Source: Botryllus schlosseri
Taxonomy: Eukaryota
DNA length: 64,000 nucleotides
Reading direction: 5' to 3'
Assembly: GCA_051294905.1 (NCBI GenBank)
Contig: CM119371.1
Coordinates: 17,362,001-17,426,000, forward strand
The position numbers and the translations under genes were made by a program. The notes beneath the pieces were generated by a model, which saw only the letters and a program-made list of their open reading frames with translations, made no database searches and was not told the origin of the DNA. This document shows positions 12,501 to 24,500 of this stretch, piece after piece (the first letter of the stretch is position 1; each line of letters opens with the position of its first letter).

Positions 12501-15500
12501 GCTCAAGTTGATTCGTATCTGAATGTGTTAATTCGGTACAATTCTAATTATTTCGAGAAATCTTTTCGTGATCTTTTGATTCGACCATAACCCGAATATT
12601 ACTGACACCGACTTTCAGCCACATTGAATTATTCGCACACCCGCGCCGCTGTTTTCACAACTATAACTCTACAAGAATCAAGAATCACAAGTATGTGCAT
12701 TATACAGTTATTGTCTTTATCAACATGAAATCAAACTCTTAACAAAAACACGCATCTTATCACTCGTCAACTCTATCATGAAAACCCTCGAGTCCTTATC
12801 ATCAAAACTGTTATAGCGCGGCGTCGGAATCCATTCGTGGGATGTACTAAAGGTAAATCCAAATAATCCAGAATGAAATATTTGGACTTTGACATTGTGT
12901 GAATTGGAATATGTTTAACAAACATGACTACCAACTTTCAACCAGTCACATTTCGAGATTATACGCATATTGATTTGAAACAAGTAATGAAACATTACAA
13001 CTCTATTCGCGACCTGTCTTTACGTTTGTCAAAGAGAGTTTCAGAAATATTATCACCATGACATCTCAACATTTTAACATCTTGCCACCAACAAAAGAGT
13101 AAAATACAAAAAACCTTGTCAAGTCAATCCGCTTGTAACTCACCGAACCAAAGCAAAAAGTGTCCATACGAAAAGTAGACAAGACTACGCAAGTAATCAC
13201 TAACCCACAAACATCAAGTTCGGTTTTAGGCATATACCACCAACTCGTCTTTTTTGTTCAACTGTAAAAGTCGTTACTAGGCCGCAAGACCAAGAAATTA
13301 CTATGCGGTATATTTTGTAAGACAAAAGTAATTACTTCTCGGTGTCGGCGACTTGAGATTAACATAATATATTTGAGTATACGACATTTGAAAGTATGAC
13401 CATCGTAGTTTCTTACAATCGACCGCAGGTGTTATATCGAAAATTATCGTGATGTAAACATAAGGATTGTCACATCGATTTAACATATGAGATTTTGTAA
13501 TGTTCTATCATGACTTGATTATTAAATTATGACATTATTAGACCAGAGTTGTGTTGAAGGTTATTTTGACATCAACAAACTTTTCAGTGCCATTGTTATT
13601 AACACATCGAGTTGTAAAACTATGCGTGTCTGAAATGTTCTTGAATGGAAAATTATTCCACCTTGGTACATATCACCCTGCGTATCGCGGATATCAGAAA
13701 ATATTTTACAAATGTAATTGTCTCCACTAACCAAGACTAAAGATGAAACAACAATTTCCTTTGTTAAACAATAACCGGTACAATACTTTATCATCGTAAT
13801 CGGCAGTGAGAATTGAAACACTTTCGCACATTATCCAGCGTCAAGATATCACACTAGGTGAATTGACATACCGCCGCTTGATTAATACCTAATCCATTCG
13901 CACCATTTCACATACTTTGATCATTACAAAAGTAAACTGGAATATGTTTGCTAGATGCATTCAATTCAGTTACAAATGTCTGTTACACAACAATCGTAAT
14001 ATCGAGGAAGTACTTGCTACACTGTAATTCACTTAACGTGTTTTGTATTGTTGTTCATTTGTAGTATTGATTGTTTTTGAACCCCCAAATAATAATTCCC
14101 GACATGAGACCAAACCACCGAAAGTCGTTATACCACCACAACGAAACAATTTGTACGATGTTTGCCAAATGTATCCTCTAGTTAGGTGTACTAGAATTAT
14201 TTGTCTAACACATACACCGACAATGCAACCGAAAATTTTTCCGTTATCATTCGCTAAAGTAAATGTCATCACAATACTCATCAAGCTGTCATCTGTAAAT
14301 CAAGATTACATCCAACTTGTAACTGTATCGTTTAACTACCGGGCTGCATCAGTTTGCTATTTTTGTCATTTAGTGACTGCTGAACATACCGAACGATACA
14401 CAGTCACTTCGAAATACTCCGTTGATCGTAATTTCCATCATCATAATAATCGAAGTACAATTGTTTCGAATCGCTGGAGTGGTTGAGCTTTACATCATCA
14501 GACTGCCATCTGTACATCAAGAATACATCCGAGTTGTAACTGTGTCGTTTACCTAACCGAGTTGTATGCACCGTTTGATATTTAGCGATTGCTGAACATA
14601 CCACCTCGAAATACTGCGTTGATCTCAATTCCTTTGTCGTGACAATCGAAGTACATTTGTTTCGATTTCATAAAAACCAACTTTTCTATGACATGATAAA
14701 TTTTTGAAAAGTTATGCTTAGAAGATTGGTGCATCTCGCGAAAAACTAATATACCACTCATATTGATACTGTTACTCCATTGACCGGTATTTTCAAACGA
14801 GTCGATTTTCAACTGAGCAAAATTTATTACTTGAGTTGTCCCGCTTACTATATTTAAATGTAAACTCACCCGTCTTTCAACAACAAAGACATGGATAAAA
14901 AGTACACAAGCAAACACAACAAGTTTTACTTTTGTTGGACACCAATTATTATTCCACGCATCTCATTTCATACTAAGTGTATATGAAAGATATTCATGGC
15001 ACACGAAAATATTCGATATTCCATGCTACGAACATACACAATGATTGGTGACGCTTTCACACTATTTCGATTTAGTGTAACAAAAACAACAACAACAATT
15101 TTCGCTGTCTTGACTTATGAAAACAACAGACGAACCTTCATTCAATATTTTGTTTTTGTCAACTAGTTACTTTTTCATGAGACCCCCACAACTCTTACAG
15201 ACGTACGAAAGATATTTACATCACACAAAGTAATCAACTTTACTCGATGTTCTCACATTACGAAACTAAAGAATGGTTGGTTTGACTCTACAAACTGTTT
15301 CGTCACCTCAAGAACTTTATTGTCTGAATGGTTGTTCATGTGTCTTAAGAACCAAATAGTTCAACACAGCACTAGTACCAACAGAAACATCAGAGTTGTT
15401 TACACAAAAGTTTGTATGTGTACAGTATGTGAATACCATGTGTAAGTCCAGCACAATTGTGGTATCCATCCGGGTTTAGTTAACACAATTTACGACACCG

Positions 15501-18500
15501 AGGTCGCCTCATCTTTCGTAAGACAACAAACCAACCAAGGCTTCAGGATATGTCCATGTCATAGCAATACATCAGCTACTCCAACAACAGAGTACATACG
15601 TTTTCTAGTTACGGTGCTTACATCTTACACACAAATCAATCTACTTTGCTAACAAAAAGTGCTGAGTCATCAAGTGATTGTCCTCACAACAATACAACTA
15701 AAACATACTAACATACAAAATGATCGTTATAGTTTGCACCCCAACGATACATCGTAAAAGTATCAAGTTTCAAGAATCGAGTTATTGAAAAACGTGAAAG
15801 TGTTTCTCCTGCGTCAAGTCGTTATGTTGATGAAAGTGTATATTGTAATATCATGATCAATTTGCATTCGTTGGTCACAAACTGTCACTACTCTAAATAA
15901 TTATTTTTCACTCAAACACAACAGCATACTTGTCGCCATTCGTTTTCATCAAGCACGAGTTCAAGAAACTTACTTACTACGACATGAATTGATATTTTTA
16001 TGATGTGTAAATACGTAATAATTAATTTTAGTAACACTATATCAACATCATCGAGTTGTGCGAATAGATTTTCATGTGGTCTTGCGGTTTTAATCGAAGC
16101 ACACATCATGGTCTAATGTAGAGTCGTCTCTATTGTACAACAACTCGGTAATCGAAATGCATGCATTAACATTTGAACAACGATCTTGTTTCGTCGCACC
16201 AAAAACATGTTCACTGTCACAATACTCTGCACAAGACGTGGAAATCCTTTTCACCCTCATAATAGTATACCAACGACCACCGACGACAACGTTTAACAAT
16301 ACCAACGACACTGGAAACACTGAACCCACGACACTTACCCGAGTAAAAACACATTTTCCTTTGGCTACATGGCGCTTACCAGAGTAAAAAATATCATTAT
16401 CACCTGGAGATCCACCGTTACCCGAGCAACAAAACCATTTTCCTTTGGAGATCTATCGTTTACCCAGTGTAACAATACATTTTCACATGGCGATCCATCG
16501 TTTACCCAAAGTAACAAAACCATTTTCACTTGCAAATATATTTTTCCCTGGGTTACAAACCATTTTCACTTGCAAATATATTTTTTCCCTGGGTAACAAA
16601 CCATTTTCACTTGCAAATATATTTTTTCCCTGGGTAACAAACCTTTTTCTCTTGGTAACAAACCTTTTTCACTTGGAAATATATTTTTTCTCTTGGTAAC
16701 AAACCTTTTTCACTTGGAAATCTATTTTTCCCAGGGTAACAAACCTTTTTCACTTGCAAATATATTTTTCCCCCTGGGTAACAAACCTTTTTCGCTTGGA
16801 AATATATTTTTTCCTTGAGCAACAGACCATTTTTACTTGGAAATATATTTTTTCCTTGAGCAACAGACCATTTTTACTTGGAAATATATTTTTTCCCTGA
16901 GCAACAAACCATTTTTACTTGGAAATATATTTTTTCCCTGAGCAACAAACCATTTCACTCGGCGGGTCGTCGTTTACCTGAGTAAAAATATCATTTTCCT
17001 TTGGAGATCTGGCGTTTACCCATTGTAACAATACATTTTCACTTGGAAATCTATCTTTTCCCTGGGTAACAATACCATTTTCGTTTTGAAAACTGACAAC
17101 CACACCGGTCAATTTGATATTTTTTGTATATTGTTACAACAGACAGCGACAAAATATACACCAACAACGACTCCGATACATTTGTCTAATCAAATATTCA
17201 CTTGCTCTGATGCATCCCATCAAAATCATTGGTTACTCACATACAATAACAATGTGCTGTTGTACATCGACATGTATGTTTTCGGAATTGGTGAATAAAG
17301 GGGTTTCCGATATGTCAGTGATGTCCGGGTTCGTGCTTTGGATTTTCCAGAGTCAAAATGTCTGAATAAAACACCTCCTCGACTTTGGTAACTGGTTGAT
17401 ACACGGATAATGGTGTTCGGAAAACGGATGAATTTATGTTCCCCATCGCGCTGACAACATCGGGTTACTTGTGAGTTTCCCCGGGTCTGTTTACTATATT
17501 GTGTCTTTACTGGTCAATACATGTCGCTCCAGTCAGCTGAAACCGGATCACCAATATGAGAAAGTGTGGGGGCCGGATCCGGATATTCACTCATGACCCA
17601 ACGACCGATATTCAAGTAAACATGTTACAGACCGTGTTTTGTCTCCATGAAAAATACCTATGCATACACCATCACATACAAGTAACGTCACGATTGTTCA
17701 CAAGTATTCGCGTGAACGACGTATACATACAATGTGTCGGTGTACAAACATCATGGAAAACAAATTCATGTTCTCAAGTCTCATCATGCGACGACTCTGT
17801 GGGTATAGATGACTTGGAGACAGGCAAGCAGCCATATTTGGACGTAACATGGTCTTAGTTTGAACCGACTTCCACCCAACTTGTGAAAAATCAATCTCAC
17901 ACGAGTACAGCCCTTTCACGGATTCACACCTTGATTTTGTAAGATTGTTCGGATTCTCAGGTAGACTTGTATCGTGATCCAGACTTCGACATAATCGGAT
18001 TGCGTAACTCGCTCAATCCCTCCGCGTATTGTTCGTCCTAACCTGCGAACTTTTTTGCTGAGGCCGCAGTGTTTCACATGGTATAATGTATTTGGCGATC
18101 ACCATCGTTATCAATCTTTCACGCGATGAATATGTCAGATGTCGCTACTCCCACATAACGACTACAGATAAACATCGTGAGCAGTGACTCCGGATTGGAA
18201 TCGTAAACAGAGACTCTCTGTGTGTGTGTGTGTGAATCTCGAGTTCGATTACGATTAGATAATGTAATCCAAGGTGTGTCTCTGTGAGTTGAAGGCTTAT
18301 TTCGTGTTAATCACACCGCAAGAGGGAGCTATCTCGTAATTCTATAGGTCGTTATAAAACGCGGTTGGAAACTTTCGGTCTAGTTGATCCAGCTACGTAT
18401 TGAAACGGTGCACCCACACAAACCATTGAGAAAACGTTGTCGTAACCTAACCATATCCACGAGTAAATATGGGACTACGCGTAACTGTCCATAGATTCCT

Positions 18501-21500
18501 TTGGCCCCACGCCGTGGTTTTACGACACAGACAAGATGCGGCAGTGGAAATATTAAAAATGAAAAACGATACCTTGGTGACATTTGATTTGGATTTTACA
18601 CCTGATGAACCATACACTCGATTGGTACATTGGGAGGACAACTCTATCGTCGAGGTCAAGGGAAAAGAAATGTACAGATTTGTTGGTGTTGTGGATATTC
18701 AGCGAAAATCAGGGTATATGGTTGTATATGGTTCGCATATTTGACTGAGAATATATCGGTATGCATAATGCACTATCCGTTGTATCATGTCGTGTGTCAT
18801 CTATACCCACAGAGTCGTCGCATGATGAGACTTGAGAACATGAATTTGTTTTCCATGATGTTTGTACACCGACACATTGTATGTATACGTCGTTCACGCG
18901 AATACTTGTGAACAATCGTGACGTTACTTGTATGTGATGGTGTATGCATAGGTATTTTTCATGGAGACAAAACACGGTCTGTAACATGTTTACTTGAATA
19001 TCGGTCGTTGGGTCATGAGTGAATATCCGGATCCGGCCCCCACACTTTCTCATATTGGTGATCCGGTTTCAGCTGACTGGAGCGACATGTATTGACCAGT
19101 AAAGACACAATATAGTAAACAGACCCGGGGAAACTCACAAGTAACCCGATGTTGTCAGCGCGATGGGGAACATAAATTCATCCGTTTTCCGAACACCATT
19201 ATCCGTGTATCAACCAGTTACCAAAGTCGAGGAGGTGTTTTATTCAGACATTTTGACTCTGGAAAATCCAAAGCACGAACCCGGACATCACTGACATATC
19301 GGAAACCCCTTTATTCACCAATTCCGAAAACATACATGTCGATGTACAACAGCACATTGTTATTGTATGTGAGTAACCAATGATTTTGATGGGATGCATC
19401 AGAGCAAGTGAATATTTGATTAGACAAATGTATCGGAGTCGTTGTTGGTGTATATTTTGTCGCTGTCTGTTGTAACAATATACAAAAAATATCAAATTGA
19501 CCGGTGTGGTTGTCAGTTTTCAAAACGAAAATGGTATTGTTACCCAGGGAAAAGATAGATTTCCAAGTGAAACGGTATTGGTACTCGGGTAAACGACAGA
19601 TTTCCAAGTGAAAATGTATTGTTACAATGGGTAAACGCCAGATCTCCAAAGGAAAATGATATTTTTACTCAGGTAAACGACGACCCGCCGAGTGAAATGG
19701 TTTGTTGCTCAGGGAAAAAATATATTTCCAAGTAAAAATGGTTTGTTGCTCAGGGAAAAAATATATTTCCAAGTAAAAATGGTCTGTTGCTCAAGGAAAA
19801 AATATATTTCCAAGTAAAAATGGTCTGTTGCTCAAGGAAAAAATATATTTCCAAGCGAAAAAGGTTTGTTACCCAGGGGGAAAAATATATTTGCAAGTGA
19901 AAAAGGTTTGTTACCCTGGGAAAAATAAATTTCCAAGTGAAAAAGGTTTGTTACCAAGAGAAAAAATATATTTCCAAGTGAAAAAGGTTTGTTACCAAGA
20001 GAAAAAGGTTTGTTACCCAGGGAAAAAATATATTTGCAAGTGAAAATGGTTTGTTACCCAGGGAAAAAATATATTTGCAAGTGAAAATGGTTTGTAACCC
20101 AGGGAAAAATATATTTGCAAGTGAAAATGGTTTTGTTACTTTGGGTAAACGATGGATCGCCATGTGAAAATGTATTGTTACACTGGGTAAACGATAGATC
20201 TCCAAAGGAAAATGGTTTTGTTGCTCGGGTAACGGTGGATCTCCAGGTGATAATGATATTTTTTACTCTGGTAAGCGCCATGTAGCCAAAGGAAAATGTG
20301 TTTTTACTCGGGTAAGTGTCGTGGGTTCAGTGTTTCCAGTGTCGTTGGTATTGTTAAACGTTGTCGTCGGTGGTCGTTGGTATACTATTATGAGGGTGAA
20401 AAGGATTTCCACGTCTTGTGCAGAGTATTGTGACAGTGAACATGTTTTTGGTGCGACGAAACAAGATCGTTGTTCAAATGTTAATGCATGCATTTCGATT
20501 ACCGAGTTGTTGTACAATAGAGACGACTCTACATTAGACCATGATGTGTGCTTCGATTAAAACCGCAAGACCACATGAAAATCTATTCGCACAACTCGAT
20601 GATGTTGATATAGTGTTACTAAAATTAATTATTACGTATTTACACATCATAAAAATATCAATTCATGTCGTAGTAAGTAAGTTTCTTGAACTCGTGCTTG
20701 ATGAAAACGAATGGCGACAAGTATGCTGTTGTGTTTGAGTGAAAAATAATTATTTAGAGTAGTGACAGTTTGTGACCAACGAATGCAAATTGATCATGAT
20801 ATTACAATATACACTTTCATCAACATAACGACTTGACGCAGGAGAAACACTTTCACGTTTTTCAATAACTCGATTCTTGAAACTTGATACTTTTACGATG
20901 TATCGTTGGGGTGCAAACTATAACGATCATTTTGTATGTTAGTATGTTTTAGTTGTATTGTTGTGAGGACAATCACTTGATGACTCAGCACTTTTTGTTA
21001 GCAAAGTAGATTGATTTGTGTGTAAGATGTAAGCACCGTAACTAGAAAACATATGTACTCTGTTGTTGGAGTAGCTGATGTATTGCTATGACATGGACAT
21101 ATCCTGAAGCCTTGGTTGGTTTGTTGTCTTACGAAAGATGAGGCGACCTCGGTGTCGTAAATTGTGTTAACTAAACCCGGATGGATACCACAATTGTGCT
21201 GGACTTACACATGGTATTCACATACTGTACACATACAAACTTTTGTGTAAACAACTCTGATGTTTCTGTTGGTACTAGTGCTGTGTTGAACTATTTGGTT
21301 CTTAAGACACATGAACAACCATTCAGACAATAAAGTTCTTGAGGTGACGAAACAGTTTGTAGAGTCAAACCAACCATTCTTTAGTTTCGTAATGTGAGAA
21401 CATCGAGTAAAGTTGATTACTTTGTGTGATGTAAATATCTTTCGTACGTCTGTAAGAGTTGTGGGGGTCTCATGAAAAAGTAACTAGTTGACAAAAACAA

Positions 21501-24500
21501 AATATTGAATGAAGGTTCGTCTGTTGTTTTCATAAGTCAAGACAGCGAAAATTGTTGTTGTTGTTTTTGTTACACTAAATCGAAATAGTGTGAAAGCGTC
21601 ACCAATCATTGTGTATGTTCGTAGCATGGAATATCGAATATTTTCGTGTGCCATGAATATCTTTCATATACACTTAGTATGAAATGAGATGCGTGGAATA
21701 ATAATTGGTGTCCAACAAAAGTAAAACTTGTTGTGTTTGCTTGTGTACTTTTTATCCATGTCTTTGTTGTTGAAAGACGGGTGAGTTTACATTTAAATAT
21801 AGTAAGCGGGACAACTCAAGTAATAAATTTTGCTCAGTTGAAAATCGACTCGTTTGAAAATACCGGTCAATGGAGTAACAGTATCAATATGAGTGGTATA
21901 TTAGTTTTTCGCGAGATGCACCAATCTTCTAAGCATAACTTTTCAAAAATTTATCATGTCATAGAAAAGTTGGTTTTTATGAAATCGAAACAAATGTACT
22001 TCGATTGTCACGACAAAGGAATTGAGATCAACGCAGTATTTCGAGGTGGTATGTTCAGCAATCGCTAAATATCAAACGGTGCATACAACTCGGTTAGGTA
22101 AACGACACAGTTACAACTCGGATGTATTCTTGATGTACAGATGGCAGTCTGATGATGTAAAGCTCAACCACTCCAGCGATTCGAAACAATTGTACTTCGA
22201 TTATTATGATGATGGAAATTACGATCAACGGAGTATTTCGAAGTGACTGTGTATCGTTCGGTATGTTCAGCAGTCACTAAATGACAAAAATAGCAAACTG
22301 ATGCAGCCCGGTAGTTAAACGATACAGTTACAAGTTGGATGTAATCTTGATTTACAGATGACAGCTTGATGAGTATTGTGATGACATTTACTTTAGCGAA
22401 TGATAACGGAAAAATTTTCGGTTGCATTGTCGGTGTATGTGTTAGACAAATAATTCTAGTACACCTAACTATAGGATACATTTGGCAAACATCGTACAAA
22501 TTGTTTCGTTGTGGTGGTATAACGACTTTCGGTGGTTTGGTCTCATGTCGGGAATTATTATTTGGGGGTTCAAAAACAATCAATACTACAAATGAACAAC
22601 AATACAAAACACGTTAAGTGAATTACAGTGTAGCAAGTACTTCCTCGATATTACGATTGTTGTGTAACAGACATTTGTAACTGAATTGAATGCATCTAGC
22701 AAACATATTCCAGTTTACTTTTGTAATGATCAAAGTATGTGAAATGGTGCGAATGGATTAGGTATTAATCAAGCGGCGGTATGTCAATTCACCTAGTGTG
22801 ATATCTTGACGCTGGATAATGTGCGAAAGTGTTTCAATTCTCACTGCCGATTACGATGATAAAGTATTGTACCGGTTATTGTTTAACAAAGGAAATTGTT
22901 GTTTCATCTTTAGTCTTGGTTAGTGGAGACAATTACATTTGTAAAATATTTTCTGATATCCGCGATACGCAGGGTGATATGTACCAAGGTGGAATAATTT
23001 TCCATTCAAGAACATTTCAGACACGCATAGTTTTACAACTCGATGTGTTAATAACAATGGCACTGAAAAGTTTGTTGATGTCAAAATAACCTTCAACACA
23101 ACTCTGGTCTAATAATGTCATAATTTAATAATCAAGTCATGATAGAACATTACAAAATCTCATATGTTAAATCGATGTGACAATCCTTATGTTTACATCA
23201 CGATAATTTTCGATATAACACCTGCGGTCGATTGTAAGAAACTACGATGGTCATACTTTCAAATGTCGTATACTCAAATATATTATGTTAATCTCAAGTC
23301 GCCGACACCGAGAAGTAATTACTTTTGTCTTACAAAATATACCGCATAGTAATTTCTTGGTCTTGCGGCCTAGTAACGACTTTTACAGTTGAACAAAAAA
23401 GACGAGTTGGTGGTATATGCCTAAAACCGAACTTGATGTTTGTGGGTTAGTGATTACTTGCGTAGTCTTGTCTACTTTTCGTATGGACACTTTTTGCTTT
23501 GGTTCGGTGAGTTACAAGCGGATTGACTTGACAAGGTTTTTTGTATTTTACTCTTTTGTTGGTGGCAAGATGTTAAAATGTTGAGATGTCATGGTGATAA
23601 TATTTCTGAAACTCTCTTTGACAAACGTAAAGACAGGTCGCGAATAGAGTTGTAATGTTTCATTACTTGTTTCAAATCAATATGCGTATAATCTCGAAAT
23701 GTGACTGGTTGAAAGTTGGTAGTCATGTTTGTTAAACATATTCCAATTCACACAATGTCAAAGTCCAAATATTTCATTCTGGATTATTTGGATTTACCTT
23801 TAGTACATCCCACGAATGGATTCCGACGCCGCGCTATAACAGTTTTGATGATAAGGACTCGAGGGTTTTCATGATAGAGTTGACGAGTGATAAGATGCGT
23901 GTTTTTGTTAAGAGTTTGATTTCATGTTGATAAAGACAATAACTGTATAATGCACATACTTGTGATTCTTGATTCTTGTAGAGTTATAGTTGTGAAAACA
24001 GCGGCGCGGGTGTGCGAATAATTCAATGTGGCTGAAAGTCGGTGTCAGTAATATTCGGGTTATGGTCGAATCAAAAGATCACGAAAAGATTTCTCGAAAT
24101 AATTAGAATTGTACCGAATTAACACATTCAGATACGAATCAACTTGAGCTGTGTAGTAAGTTTCATTTCGAGTTGGCAAATTGATACATTGATTGAATAT
24201 TCTCATAATTCTTATCGCGCAACTAAAGTCAGCCGCTGTTCGAAGTGTCAAAACATATAGCGACCACCAGAAAGTGTCAAATTGTTGGTTTACGACTCAC
24301 CGTCTGCGCCGGTTCTGTGACAAACTTATTGTGACAATATTACCTTGTGAGCGATCGGTATGTCTTTAACACCAAGTCACTAAAAAATGGTTATGTTCGA
24401 GACATTATCTTGTTAGCGATCGCGGGATTTGCAATCTATTTTACACTTTTTGAAGTGTTAATTTACGAGCGCGGTTATTTGTTGCTCGCTTTTCGTGTCG

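Larger units (their letters stand above)
11517..17813 (+). repeat. Left arm of the giant inverted repeat (6297 bp)
   Basis: ORF track is mirrored: coordinate sum 36650 in the outer part, 36609 in the inner part. Confidence 0.97.

Noticed and set aside
12924..13061. HIDL..HYNSIRDLS as a relic of a Polinton polymerase-associated region
   Set aside because: Too short, and no exonuclease or polymerase motifs found nearby.
16330..17085. 41-bp array as CRISPR or as coding repeats
   Set aside because: No unique spacers; unit length is not a multiple of 3, so the ORFs here are by-products.
17820..17920. IDFSQVGW resembling BMP/TGF-beta VDFSDVGW
   Set aside because: Only eight residues; the cystine-knot Cys pattern is absent.
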